The notes: a model not told the origin generated them from the sequence alone. Numbered from the stretch's first letter, positions 37,219 through 47,411 are shown. The stretch: DNA of 64,000 nucleotides from an uncultured Candidatus Saccharibacteria bacterium (GCA_964384035.1 CAYLIB010000002.1:28704-92703); one strand, 5' to 3'. Made by a program: numbers and translations.

Positions 37219-37779
37219 ATGGCTAAAGTATTAAATTTATTACCCAAAGATAGACAGAAAGAGCTTCACTTTGAAGATATTTTTAATCGTATATTAATCT
37301 TCTGTGGTTTAAGTGTTGTTACTCTAATTTTATCCACTGCTGCGCTAATCGGTGTTCGTTTCATCTTGCAGAGTGAAGCTGGCCAGTTAAAAGTGGACAT
37401 AGACCAGCTAAAGACCGCGGTGAATAAGCAAGAGAACTCTGAACTCAAAGCTCAAATAGCAAAAATAAACAATCAGATAGTGGACTTCAAGAATTTAAGC
37501 GACGCCACTCCTGCTTGGTCTAAGGTTATTCTCGCCTTTGGTAAACTCATTCCCCAAGACGTAGGTATTACTGGTTTCTCTGCAGATATCGACAAGAAGC
37601 AGGTAGAGATTTCGGGCTTCGCAAAAACTAGGGAAGCGGTTATAGAGCTTTACAATAATATAAATGCGGATAAAGATAACTTTGCGAATATTAATTACCC
37701 GTTTGAAAACGTTGCGAAGCCAAAAGACCTTTACTTCAGATTTACATTCTTCATTAAGCCTGAACTACTAAAACAATGA
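37219..37779 (+). CDS. pilN: type IV pilus assembly protein PilN
   Basis: LNLLPKDRQKE start, a single TM, then a coiled coil. 186 aa, directly after pilM. Confidence 0.65.
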   Translation: MAKVLNLLPKDRQKELHFEDIFNRILIFCGLSVVTLILSTAALIGVRFILQSEAGQLKVDIDQLKTAVNKQENSELKAQIAKINNQIVDFKNLSDATPAWSKVILAFGKLIPQDVGITGFSADIDKKQVEISGFAKTREAVIELYNNINADKDNFANINYPFENVAKPKDLYFRFTFFIKPELLKQ

Positions 37780-38324
37780 TGAAGCTTTCTTTTAAATATA
37801 AAATAGCAATTCTCGTCGGGGTATGGCTCTTGGTTTCTTTTATTCTAATTTTTTATGTCTTTGGGTGGATAAACCAAGCAAGTCAGAAAAAAATCGCAGA
37901 AATACTAGATCTTAAGAAAGAACAAATGGAACTTCAGGCTGAGCAAACTAGTTATCAGCTCGCCAAATCAGATCTTGAACTATTAGAGAAAAAAGACATA
38001 AAACCGGAAAACTTTTTCAGTAAAGATACGAGCCTCGTAAATGAACTGCGCACCATAGAAGCACTAGCAGAAAAGCATAATCTGGTTCTGACTCTAAGTA
38101 TTGCAGGTACAGCAAATACTCTCGGCAAGGCAAAGACCAGCGGCGAGTTATTACTTGTCCCTTATAGTATTAGTTTGGGAGGGGAGTATGTGGATATAGT
38201 TAATTTCCTAAAGTCTATGGAAAAATTAAGCTTCATAACTCACTTAAGAACTGTATCTTTTGGTGCCACAGGACAGGGTAAAGCGAGCTTAACCACTAGT
38301 GCGTTATTTTACATAAAGAAATGA
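37776..38324 (+). CDS. pilO: type IV pilus assembly protein PilO
   Basis: TM followed by coiled coil (LKKEQMELQAEQTSYQLAKSDLELLE). 182 aa, overlapping the pilN stop. Confidence 0.55.
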   Translation: MMKLSFKYKIAILVGVWLLVSFILIFYVFGWINQASQKKIAEILDLKKEQMELQAEQTSYQLAKSDLELLEKKDIKPENFFSKDTSLVNELRTIEALAEKHNLVLTLSIAGTANTLGKAKTSGELLLVPYSISLGGEYVDIVNFLKSMEKLSFITHLRTVSFGATGQGKASLTTSALFYIKK

Positions 38325-38602
38325 ACATTAGTATAAAAATTCCAAAATCTCTAAGCATAAAAACCATAAGCATACTCTGTTTAATAGCAGTAGTAGTTAT
38401 AGGTGTCTTTGAGGTATTAGCCGTGCTTTCCGCTTCTAAATCTGTTACCCAGGCCAAAACCGCTGTTCCAACAATAAAAAATGTTCCTGTGGTTAGAATT
38501 AACTTCAATCTTTATGAGGCAGTTATAAAGAAAATTACCACCCCAGAAACCCCCACCCCAGAAGACCCAACCATTCCCAACCCCTTCAAAACAGTGAAAT
38601 AG
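38321..38602 (+). CDS. small TM protein with Pro/Thr-rich C-terminus (PilP-like position), hypothetical
   Basis: 93 aa, overlaps the pilO stop. TM ISILCLIAVVVIGVF, then TPETPTPEDPTIPNP. Confidence 0.45.
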   Translation: MNISIKIPKSLSIKTISILCLIAVVVIGVFEVLAVLSASKSVTQAKTAVPTIKNVPVVRINFNLYEAVIKKITTPETPTPEDPTIPNPFKTVK

Positions 38603-38795
38603 TTCAAAAATCCCAAAAATCTCCTAAAAATAGGGGATTTTTTAATTCCTCTTAATTACGCCAAAAACTTGACAAGTCTCCAAATATTCTTTGACATAAA
38701 CAAAAATATATGTTATTATATTCCTTATTTCTGTCGCAATTCACGTAACTTCAAAAAACCAAAACCAATCTGAATCTGAAAAGGAGATCAAATCT

Positions 38796-39065
38796 ATGTT
38801 GAACGGACGTTTCATGCAAGGACTTCGCAACATCGGCAAAACCATCTTCGATACAATGGGTTTCGGCAACAATCAGACGCAATCCATCTTTGGCGGCAAT
38901 CAGTCCGCTTTCGCCTATGGCACCAGCACCGGTCAGTCATTCATCGGAAGCGGTCTGGGTGGCGACTTCGGTCGCCACGGTCGCAACACTTCATCCCGTC
39001 GCCTGAAGACCGCTCGCCGGGATCGCAAGCTGCACAACCAACCCGGCTCACGCCCGGCCATCTAA
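38796..39065 (+). CDS. small Gly-rich basic hypothetical protein, GC-rich
   Basis: 89 aa, SD aaaggaga. Hairpin plus T-run after the stop. Anomalously high GC for this genome. Confidence 0.4.
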   Translation: MLNGRFMQGLRNIGKTIFDTMGFGNNQTQSIFGGNQSAFAYGTSTGQSFIGSGLGGDFGRHGRNTSSRRLKTARRDRKLHNQPGSRPAI

Positions 39066-39210
39066 AGTTCAACCCGCGCCAAAAGCGCAAAAACCGAAGG
39101 CTGTAAGGATTCGCCCCGAATCCCTGCAGTCTTTTCTCTTTGTCTAAAAAACTCTATAATCTAAAATCCCTCAGTAAGAAAGTCTAGTTTCAGAATAAGG
39201 AGTGAAAATC

Positions 39211-39456
39211 ATGAAGTATTCCAAAGTGGCCAGGAGCCTGGCTACTGTGTTTATTGTTATGGTGCTAATGTTCCCAGGCTTTGCCAGCACAACCAAAAAG
39301 TCCGAATCCAAAGCCCGGCACGTGGGTGCTAAGGTAAGAAGTAAGGTTATCATTACCCCGGCAAGATTCATTGGTGGTCTATTTGCTGGCCATGGCAAAC
39401 ACCGCACCAAAAAGCCCGCCGCCAAAACGGTAAAAGTCCAAAAATCCAACCTCTAA
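39211..39456 (+). CDS. small secreted basic hypothetical protein
   Basis: AAGGAG SD with 8-nt spacing to the ATG. Signal-like N-terminus. Two tandem intrinsic terminators downstream at 39462-39512. Confidence 0.5.
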   Translation: MKYSKVARSLATVFIVMVLMFPGFASTTKKSESKARHVGAKVRSKVIITPARFIGGLFAGHGKHRTKKPAAKTVKVQKSNL

Positions 39457-39723
39457 CCCGAGGTCTTTTTTATACCCAAAAACAAAAACACCCACATGGG
39501 TGTTTTTTGTAAACCCGGGGTCCCCAAATTACTTGACCACACTCCGTAATAAAAAGATTTGAAAAGTCTTTTTATTACATAGAATTAAGTTGTTTGGGAT
39601 TGGGTTAATCCCTGCCGGATTCACTCCGGGAGGGTGCTAATCTCCGAAAAGCGGGAGCAACGCGAACATGTGCCTGAATGGGATATCTATCCCAGGCAGG
39701 CACGCGTGAGCGTTGCTCACGCG

Positions 39724-39799
39724 TGGTGGACCGGGTGGGATTCGAACCCACGACAAAAGGATTAAGAGTCCTCTGCTCTACCAACTGAGCTACCGATCC
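39724..39799 (-). tRNA. tRNA-Lys(CTT)
   Basis: Minus-strand cloverleaf: acceptor GGATCGG/CCGGTCC (one G-U), D-arm GCTC-AGTTGGTA-GAGC, anticodon arm GAGGA-CTCTTAA-TCCTT (anticodon CTT), T-arm GTGGG-TTCGAAT-CCCAC, encoded CCA. 76 nt. Confidence 0.9.
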
Positions 39800-40165
39800 C
39801 CGTCGTACTTTTCTCCGACCTCCGCCACTGATGCAGTGGCTGCAGTCTCCGTAAAGTACTCCTTCTTCCCAAAATGCTTTTCTCTATGTTATTCATTTTT
39901 ACCCTCTTCGGATAAAAATGAAACTAACTCATAGGTGAACAAGTATTTCGGGAGCCCTGAAACAGGAACTTAGACATTTTAACTTTTTTTACCCACCCTT
40001 TCAAGAGCCTGCCCCCATCTCACGAGCGAAGCAATGTGAGTGGTAAATGGGGTACCCCGGCGACCCCGTCGTTGGGGAAGAGGGGGAACATGGTGAACGT
40101 AGTGGAATAGTTAAGGAGCAAAGCGGAATAACTATGCAACGGAGTGGGCCATGATTAACCCGAGG

Positions 40166-40242
40166 TGGTGCACCCGGAGGGATTCGAACCCCCAGCCGAC
40201 CGGTTCGAAGCCGGTTACTCTATCCAGTTGAGCTACGGGTGC
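40166..40242 (-). tRNA. tRNA-Arg(TCG)
   Basis: Minus-strand cloverleaf: acceptor GCACCCG/CGGGTGC, D-arm GCTC-AACTGGATA-GAGT, anticodon arm ACCGG-CTTCGAA-CCGGT (anticodon TCG), T-arm GGGGG-TTCGAAT-CCCTC, encoded CCA. 77 nt. Confidence 0.9.
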
Positions 40243-40347
40243 GCGTCTAACTTTACTCCGACCTGATTTTATACAAAAATCCTCATAAATATACAATAAA
40301 CTTAGCGTTTATTCAATAGTACTGGGCTATGTTACTATTATATTCCA

Positions 40348-41301
40348 ATGTTATACATATTTAGTGGTACAGATACCTATACTAAAAACCAGCATATTCA
40401 AGGACTTCTAGCTAAATTCGGAGTTACTCCTACGAATATTCCTTTCGAGGAATTTCAAAAAAACCAAGCCTCTCACCTGAGTGGCGACTTATTCGCGTCT
40501 CTAAAAGTATTCCTGTTTAAGGGTTCTTCGCCTGAAGAAATTACCGAAGCAGATCTAGATGCTCTTAAGTCATCTAAAAATCATTTTATTTTTTTACCAG
40601 CTAAACTTGACCAAAGAAAAACAGTAGTAAAAAAGCTCCAGGCAGACAAAGGTATTACTTTTAAAAATTTTGATTTACCCCCAGTCTCTTCTCTACAGAA
40701 TTGGGTAAAGCAATACCTAAAAAGCAAAAACGCCCACATAGACGAAGCAGTTATTACTTATTTTTTAGAGCGACTCGGGTTAAAAGATTCTGGTGGGTAT
40801 ATTGAACCAGAGTACGAATTATGGACTATTGCTAACGAGTTGGACAAGTTAATAAGCTACTCTCCAGATAAAATTACTACCGATGTAGTTAAGGATTTGG
40901 TAACAGAGAATTTGGAAATAGAAATATTTTCTCTCATTAGTGCGATTGCAGAAAGAAATAAAACCGGCGCTTATTCCTATTTAGATAAGTTCTATGAGAG
41001 TGGGGGAGATGCAGATGATAAAGCTAAAACAATTCAACTCACTGCGCTACTTTCTGACCAGCTTCGAAGTATTCTTCTCGTAAAAAGTGCAATTGATTCA
41101 AGAATCCCGGATTCAAGTCTTTTGGGGGAAACAGGTTGGAAGCCTGGCAGGCTGAATATTCTAAAAAAACTTTCTTATAATTTCGAGATATCTAAATTAA
41201 AACAAACCCTAAATAGGTTAGAGCACTTAGACCTCGAATCCAAAACCACTAATACACCGGGTAGGGTATTGTTTAGTATGGTTATATCCCAGTTAATTTA
41301 A
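40348..41301 (+). CDS. holA: putative DNA polymerase III delta subunit
   Basis: Size (317 aa) and motif pattern (LYIFSG.D.Y start; LWTIANELDKLISYS...ITTDVVKDLV) resemble HolA. Not definitive. Confidence 0.4.
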   Translation: MLYIFSGTDTYTKNQHIQGLLAKFGVTPTNIPFEEFQKNQASHLSGDLFASLKVFLFKGSSPEEITEADLDALKSSKNHFIFLPAKLDQRKTVVKKLQADKGITFKNFDLPPVSSLQNWVKQYLKSKNAHIDEAVITYFLERLGLKDSGGYIEPEYELWTIANELDKLISYSPDKITTDVVKDLVTENLEIEIFSLISAIAERNKTGAYSYLDKFYESGGDADDKAKTIQLTALLSDQLRSILLVKSAIDSRIPDSSLLGETGWKPGRLNILKKLSYNFEISKLKQTLNRLEHLDLESKTTNTPGRVLFSMVISQLI

Positions 41302-41378
41302 TTGAATCATTGAATGTCGTGGTATAATAGAATTGTAAAAAGTAATTATGGGGTTTACCCCCAACAAAACGAAACAAA

Positions 41379-42167
41379 ATGAAGTATTTAAGCAAAATAT
41401 TAGCGGTTTCCGCTATAGCATCGAGTCTACTTGCTCCATCGCTCGCATTTGGAGAAGACTCAACCACAACTACTACTCCTGCGAAGCGAGCACCAATAAA
41501 AGTAAACCAGGAAGAATACAAAGCAAAACGTGAGGCGGCTCAAGAAGAAGCCAAAGCAAAACGTGAAGCGGCTCAAGAAGAAGCCAAAGCCAAGCGCGAT
41601 GCTGCAAAAGAGGAAGCTAAGGCCAAGCGCGAAGCGGCACAGGTTGAAGCAAAAGCTAAAAGAGAAGAAGCAAAAAAGAAAGCTGAAGAAAGAAGAGAGC
41701 TACAAAAAAAGTGTGTAGAGGGCACTCAAACTGCAAATAAAGCCTATACAGAAGCTCTTAAAACCAATAACACTAAATCTACAGAAGACTTAAAAGCAGC
41801 TAGAAAAACTCAGTCGGAAGCTCTAAAAGCAGCTCAAAGCGCTTATACCGAAACTCTAAAGACTATCGCAGATACCCTAAAAGCTGATCTAACAGTAGCA
41901 GGAGAAGATGCAGAAAAAATCGCAGCGGCTAAAAAGAAAGCACAAGATGCTAGAAAAGTCGCCAGAGAAACCAGAAAAACCGCAATAGATGCGGCAAACA
42001 AAACATTTAAAGAAGCAAGAGAAAAAATCGCGACTACTAGAAAAGACGCCAACAAATCCGCTCTAGATACTAGAAAAACTGCTGTAGAATCTTCAAAAAC
42101 CCCTTGCAAAACTGCTACCACAACTACCACTACAACTACTACGACCAACACTACAACAGCTCAGTAA
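41379..42167 (+). CDS. secreted Lys/Ala/Glu-rich tandem-repeat protein with poly-Thr tracts
   Basis: Signal peptide, then TTTTT, then four 11-aa repeats (KAKREAAQEEA), a helical K/A/E-rich body and a C-terminal TTTTTTTTTTTNTTTAQ. Confidence 0.6.
   Translation: MKYLSKILAVSAIASSLLAPSLAFGEDSTTTTTPAKRAPIKVNQEEYKAKREAAQEEAKAKREAAQEEAKAKRDAAKEEAKAKREAAQVEAKAKREEAKKKAEERRELQKKCVEGTQTANKAYTEALKTNNTKSTEDLKAARKTQSEALKAAQSAYTETLKTIADTLKADLTVAGEDAEKIAAAKKKAQDARKVARETRKTAIDAANKTFKEAREKIATTRKDANKSALDTRKTAVESSKTPCKTATTTTTTTTTTNTTTAQ
41523..41654 (+). repeat. four tandem 33-bp repeats inside the coding sequence
   Basis: gcaaaacgtgaggcggctcaagaagaagccaaa repeated twice, followed by two divergent copies. Confidence 0.7.
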
Positions 42168-42197
42168 ATATAAAACCCGCCATATGGCGGGTTTTGT

Positions 42198-44036
42198 TTA
42201 TCTGGCAGCTCTTTTTCTATCGTTTGCGTTTAGAAGTTTCTTTCTCATTCTTACATTGAGAGGAGTAACTTCTACAAGTTCGTCAGGCCCTATGTATTCT
42301 AGAGCAAAGTCTAAGGTTATTGGTTTTGGCGGGGTTAGAATAATTGCATCGTCCGCACCACTGCTTCTCATGTTTGTAAGTTTTTTAGTTTTACAAACAT
42401 TTAGCTCAAGGTCACTATCTAGTGCATTTTGACCAACAATCATACCTTCATAAACTTCCACTGCTGGTCCTATGAAGAGTACTCCACGTTCTTGGGCATT
42501 GTTTAATCCATATGCATTAGAAGTACCAGATTCAGAAGCTATTAAAGATCCATGTTCATTACCCTTGGTATCTATATCGTGCACTGGCTTATAACTGTCG
42601 AACAAATTGTTGATAATTACTGTTCCGCGGGTTCTTGTAAGTAGTAAGTTCTTAAGGCCAATAAGCCCTCTGGTAGGAATTAAATATTCCGCGTGAATTT
42701 CCCCACTCGGTGAAGAGTCCAGTGTAAGCATTTCGCCACCGCGTTTCCCAAGTTCTTCTATAACCGCACCTTGGTATTCACTCGGTACATCTATGGTAAC
42801 TTGTTCGTATGGCTCTTTCTTCACACCATCTTCCTCGTGGAAGATAACCTGAGGTTGGCTAACTTGTAGTTCAAAGCCTTCGCGTCTCATGGTTTCTATT
42901 AATACCCCAAGGTGAAGTTCACCGCGACCCGAAACCAAGAAGCTTTCAGCTCCTTCTTCGGAAGGTTCTACTTTAAGCGCAACATTGGTTTCAAGTTCTT
43001 TTTCCAAACGGTCTCGAAGATTTCTAGAAGTAACGAATTTACCCTCACGCCCAGCAAATGGGGAAGTGTTAACACCAAAAGTCATCTTAATGGTCGGTGG
43101 TTCTATTTCTACAGGCGGTAACTGCTTCGGGTTTGCGCTGTCTGCCAAGGTTTCACCAATCTGTATATCGTCAAAACCTGCAATTGCGACTATGTCTCCA
43201 GCTTCTGCTATTTCCACATCAACTGGTTTTAGGCCTTCATACATTTGAAGAGCTGTAGCTTTTCCAGTCTGCTTGGTGCCATCTGTAAGGATTCTAGTAA
43301 TGTTTTGTGCTTTTTTTACACTACCAGATGTAATCTTTCCAATCCCCAATTTGCCTTTATAGTTATCTGAGCGTAAAGCTAAAACCAGCATAGCAAAAGG
43401 GTCTTCTAGGTTTACTTCTGGTGCATCAAAATTTTCTATTATTGCTTCAAATAGGGGAGTAATGTCAGCAGGGGTGTTTGGGTCAGCAATTTGTGCTTTT
43501 AACTTATCTGCATCGCTACTAGCTAATCCACGAATACCGGAAGCATAAATAACTGGAAAATCTAACTGCTCGTCTGTCGCATGGAGTCTGACAAATAAAT
43601 CGAAAGTCTTGTTTACAGTTTCGTCTACATTCGCACCTTCTTTGTCTATCTTATTTACAACAACAATTGCTCTTAGCCCAAGTTCAAGAGCCTTTTTAAG
43701 TACGAACTTTGTTTGAGGCATTGGGCCTTCTTTAGCGTCTACCAAAAGCAAAACACCGTCAGCCATTCTAAGTGTACGCTCTACCTCTCCGCCAAAGTCA
43801 GCGTGTCCTGGAGTATCTACTATGTTTATCTTTGTTCCCTTATAAACCAAAGAAGCATTTTTCGCGCGAATGGTAATACCGCGCTCACGCTCTAGGTCCA
43901 TTGAGTCCATTATTAAATCTGCACCCTCTTCTGTTTTAACAGTCTGAGTCTGCTTAAGCATCGCGTCCACCAAAGTAGTCTTACCGTGGTCAACGTGAGC
44001 GATAATCGCAACATTTCTAAGATTTTCTCGTTTCAT
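42198..44036 (-). CDS. typA: translational GTPase TypA/BipA
   Basis: [18 protein letters not shown]1 motif, DTPGHADF G3 motif, and EF-G-like domains. 612 aa. Confidence 0.9.
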   Translation of the reverse strand: MKRENLRNVAIIAHVDHGKTTLVDAMLKQTQTVKTEEGADLIMDSMDLERERGITIRAKNASLVYKGTKINIVDTPGHADFGGEVERTLRMADGVLLLVDAKEGPMPQTKFVLKKALELGLRAIVVVNKIDKEGANVDETVNKTFDLFVRLHATDEQLDFPVIYASGIRGLASSDADKLKAQIADPNTPADITPLFEAIIENFDAPEVNLEDPFAMLVLALRSDNYKGKLGIGKITSGSVKKAQNITRILTDGTKQTGKATALQMYEGLKPVDVEIAEAGDIVAIAGFDDIQIGETLADSANPKQLPPVEIEPPTIKMTFGVNTSPFAGREGKFVTSRNLRDRLEKELETNVALKVEPSEEGAESFLVSGRGELHLGVLIETMRREGFELQVSQPQVIFHEEDGVKKEPYEQVTIDVPSEYQGAVIEELGKRGGEMLTLDSSPSGEIHAEYLIPTRGLIGLKNLLLTRTRGTVIINNLFDSYKPVHDIDTKGNEHGSLIASESGTSNAYGLNNAQERGVLFIGPAVEVYEGMIVGQNALDSDLELNVCKTKKLTNMRSSGADDAIILTPPKPITLDFALEYIGPDELVEVTPLNVRMRKKLLNANDRKRAAR

Positions 44037-44039
44037 CTT

Positions 44040-44885
44040 TTTTCATTCCTTCACAAGAAGGAATCCATTCAATTATTTAAATATATAAAAAACGCCCGAA
44101 GGCAAATAAATTTTGCCACACCTGGCAGGAAAAGTCAACCAAAAGGAAAAGCGGATGAGAGGCTCAGGGAGTCTCGTCATCCGCTTATTAGTAGTTATTG
44201 TTCGCTCATAGGCTGGGGTTAGCTATCGCCTTACCCCTTTGGAGGAACGTGCATGCACGTATGGGCTTACGTTACCATGCCCGTGGAAAAGTGTTCGGGA
44301 GCATTGCTCGCACGAAGGTTCCCGGGTCTTATAGGTGTTTGTCGTGTGCCCTAATTTCCTCCTATTTCAATTGAACATCGTTCAGTTTTTTTGCTGGGAG
44401 TCTTTTTTGCTCGCAGGTTTGTTAACTGCGAGCAACTCGTTGGATTAGGTCCTATTCGGACCTGCTCCACCAAGAGACCCTAGGACCGGCATGTTCGTCA
44501 TGCGATACCTTTCTGGCCTCGGCGCCGGTTGTGTTGTTCGCGATTGAAGTATAGTGGGGCTTATTCCCCAAGCCCATCGTATAAGGCTACTATCTTCGGT
44601 AAAAAATCGAAATTCAATTTCAAACCGAAAATAACTCATTATTATACTCTAATTATTCCATTTTGTCAATAGTAATCTACGTGAACCCCGAAACCTCCAG
44701 ATAAAGCGAAGGTTTTCGTGTGACGAGTAGGCGGAGCCCTTAAAAAGCGCAAAGAGTGCATCCTGCGAGTACTTTTTGAGGTGCCGAAGCGGCAGGATCC
44801 GAAAACTTTTCATTAATTTAGAAGTTCGGGGTTAACGTTAACCTAAATTCAATATTTTAAAGCTTTTCTCTGCTATACTAGAAAT
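44040..44885. other. 845-bp divergent intergenic region with elevated GC and extensive self-complementarity; candidate structured RNA locus (identity unresolved)
   Basis: No ORF of 60 aa or more with an RBS. GC-rich blocks at 44150-44600. Contains stem-loops such as aggtc-ctattcg-gacct followed by gctccacca (44447-44471) and catcctgc...gcaggatc (44760-44800). Confidence 0.3.
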
Positions 44886-45923
44886 ATGGAACAAAACCCT
44901 CAAAAAATAAGGCTTCAAACCTATACTTTTCTTGCTATCATGCTCGCAATGTTCGTGGTGGTTGCTCTTATGTTTAAACCTCTGCTAAATACACTTCTCT
45001 TAAGCGCTATTCTCGCTATTATCTTTAGGCCTCTTTATAAGCATCTCCTAAAAAAGTTCAAGTCAGAGACTATTTCGGCTTCTTTTACAGTATTTATAGT
45101 ACTCTTTGTATTATTTATATTTTTCTGGATATTTGGCCAGCTCCTTTATGGAGAAATTCACAATCTCTACGAAGGTTTTAAATCTGGACAATTTGTTTTT
45201 AATAGAGCAGATCTAATAGAAAAACTTCCCGCTATAGCAAGAGAACCTGTGACCACATTAACCAGCGACTTAAATAGCTTATTAACCAAAGCTGCAACAG
45301 GTGCTTTCCAGAGTTTTTCTAGTTTAATTTCTAATCTTGCAGAATTTTTCTTTAACCTTTTCCTAGTTTTCTTTGCTTTCTATTATTTGCTTAAAGATGG
45401 GAGTGGTCTAAAAAAAATCATTTTGGCGGTATCACCTATTTCCAATAACCAAGAAAATATTTTATTAGAGAAAGTAATCCTCTCTGTAAACGGAGTAATT
45501 AAAGGAACTTTTTTTGTAGCCGTTATTCAGTCTCTAGTAGCATTGCTCGGTTTCCTTATTTTTGGAATTCCGAATCCTTTACTCTGGGCGCTATGTACAT
45601 TCCTTGCCGCCTTTGTTCCTAATATAGGTACAACCCTCATTACCGTTCCGGCAATTATTTATTTACTCCTCACGGGGCATACTGGCTCAGCAATTGGTAT
45701 GGCGATTTGGGGAAGTTTGGCTGTAGGGTTAATAGACAATTTATTGAGTCCAAAGCTTGTTGGGCACAGTGCCCAGCTCCACCCTCTTCTCGTTTTGCTC
45801 TCAGTAGTTGGTGGTCTAGCGCTATTTGGTTTCCTCGGTATTTTACTCGGGCCAATTATTATGGCGGTTTTTTCGGCTCTTGTAAGTATGTATATCACCA
45901 ATTTTAAAGAATATTTGGAGTAA
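44886..45923 (+). CDS. AI-2E family (UPF0118/PerM-like) transporter
   Basis: 8-TM topology with the family-typical LLSPKLVGHSAQLHPLLVLLSVVGGLALFGFLGILLGP segment. Confidence 0.65.
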   Translation: MEQNPQKIRLQTYTFLAIMLAMFVVVALMFKPLLNTLLLSAILAIIFRPLYKHLLKKFKSETISASFTVFIVLFVLFIFFWIFGQLLYGEIHNLYEGFKSGQFVFNRADLIEKLPAIAREPVTTLTSDLNSLLTKAATGAFQSFSSLISNLAEFFFNLFLVFFAFYYLLKDGSGLKKIILAVSPISNNQENILLEKVILSVNGVIKGTFFVAVIQSLVALLGFLIFGIPNPLLWALCTFLAAFVPNIGTTLITVPAIIYLLLTGHTGSAIGMAIWGSLAVGLIDNLLSPKLVGHSAQLHPLLVLLSVVGGLALFGFLGILLGPIIMAVFSALVSMYITNFKEYLE

Positions 45924-45926
45924 CTT

Positions 45927-47411
45927 ATGGAAGCGAAAACAAAAGACTTAGTTCACAAACTGGAGAGTTCGATTCCGCCAACCATATTAACCATCTTCGG
46001 AGCAACTGGGGATCTTTCTCTATCGTATTTATTCCCAGCACTTATTCACTTGCACAAGAGTAATTTACTCCCAACTGACTTCAGGTTGGTTTGTGTTGGT
46101 AGGCGCGAATATACGCAAGATGAATTCAGGGAATTTATTAAAACTGAAGAAAAGAAAAGATCAAAAATAGAAGTCACGCCAGATTTTCTAAACTTATTAA
46201 CATATTTTAAAACAGATTTCGATACAGGCGCAGGGTTATCCGGGCTAAGTACTGTTTTAGCAGATCATGCTACTAGTAATAAAGATTTGTGTTTCAATAG
46301 GCTTTATTATTTTGCAACTCTACCATCCTACTTTGAACCGCTATCTAAAAGTCTAAAAAAAGCAGGTCTGCTTACTGGTTGTCGGGACCACAAACGAACA
46401 ATTCGGGTTTTAATAGAAAAACCTTTTGGGGAAGACTATAAGAGTGCTAAGTCTTTAAATAAAACCTTGTTATCTTTCTTTAAGGAAGAGCAGATTTATC
46501 GAATAGACCACTACCTAGGAAAAGAAACCGTTCAAAATATATTTACTGTTAGGTTTGCTAACGACCTATTTGAACCCGTTTGGAACAATAAATACATAGA
46601 CCACATAGAAATATCTGCGCTTGAATCCGACGGGGTAGGGGGGCGTATTAACTTCTACGAAAAAACCGGGGCATTAAAAGATTTTGTACAAAACCATTTA
46701 CTGAATATATTAGCCTTAGTTGTAATGGATAGACCGGAAAGTTTAAATCCAGAAGCCATACGAGACAAAAAAGTTTCCGTACTAAAAAGTCTTGTTCCAT
46801 TTACTAAAGCAACCATAAAAAAAGATCTTGTAAGGGCTCAGTACTCAGCTGGTATGAACACTGAGGGGTATCTGTCTGAGGTTGGTAAAAATTCCAACAC
46901 AGAAACCTATGTAGCTTTTAAAACTTTTCTAAAATTACCAAAGTGGAAAGGTGTTCCTGTTTATTTAAGAAACGGCAAACGTCTTGAAAATAAAGTCTCC
47001 GAGGTTTCGGTGCATTTTAAAAAAGCTAAACATGAACTTTTTATTCCCACAGGAAGAGAGTCGAACGTGTTAACTTTTAGGTTGCAACCCATGGAGTCAG
47101 TTTCTATTTCTGTGAATAATAAAATTCCTGGTTTTGGTATGCGACTACATCCAGGAAAGCTTAATTTTGGCTATGAGCAATTTCATTCAGAAATACCGGG
47201 TGCCTATGAACGTTTGCTTTTAGATTTCTGCCAAGGGGATCAACGGCTTTTCATACGGAGCGACGAAATAGAAGCCGCGTGGAAATTTATAGAATCCATA
47301 AGTAAAAACCTCCACCTCACCCCAATGGGGAATTACATGCCTTTCTCCGAAGGTCCCAAGTCTGCAGAAAACCTGATGAAAAAAGACAAGCGCACGTGGT
47401 GGACAAAGTAA
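45927..47411 (+). CDS. zwf: glucose-6-phosphate 1-dehydrogenase
   Basis: IFGATGDLSLSYLFPAL dinucleotide motif and RIDHYLGKE active-site motif. 494 aa. Confidence 0.9.
   Translation: MEAKTKDLVHKLESSIPPTILTIFGATGDLSLSYLFPALIHLHKSNLLPTDFRLVCVGRREYTQDEFREFIKTEEKKRSKIEVTPDFLNLLTYFKTDFDTGAGLSGLSTVLADHATSNKDLCFNRLYYFATLPSYFEPLSKSLKKAGLLTGCRDHKRTIRVLIEKPFGEDYKSAKSLNKTLLSFFKEEQIYRIDHYLGKETVQNIFTVRFANDLFEPVWNNKYIDHIEISALESDGVGGRINFYEKTGALKDFVQNHLLNILALVVMDRPESLNPEAIRDKKVSVLKSLVPFTKATIKKDLVRAQYSAGMNTEGYLSEVGKNSNTETYVAFKTFLKLPKWKGVPVYLRNGKRLENKVSEVSVHFKKAKHELFIPTGRESNVLTFRLQPMESVSISVNNKIPGFGMRLHPGKLNFGYEQFHSEIPGAYERLLLDFCQGDQRLFIRSDEIEAAWKFIESISKNLHLTPMGNYMPFSEGPKSAENLMKKDKRTWWTK

Noticed and set aside
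38796-39065. Treating 38796-39065 as non-coding GC-rich RNA rather than a CDS
   Set aside because: An RBS and a dedicated terminator favour a small protein. The RNA alternative cannot be excluded, hence the low confidence rather than rejection of the feature.
39713-39934. 73-aa plus-strand ORF in the track
   Set aside because: It overlaps the minus-strand tRNA-Lys(CTT) gene and its flanks, has no RBS, and its composition is driven by the tRNA. It is a spurious frame.
44040-44885. Specific calls of RNase P RNA, tmRNA or SRP RNA in the typA upstream region
   Set aside because: I could not find the RNase P P4 strands (GGAAAGTCCGGGC / ACAGAACCCGGCUUA), a tmRNA acceptor stem pairing with the ...gctccacca end, or the SRP GGAA/AGCAGC domain IV by eye. 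The region is kept only as an unassigned candidate.
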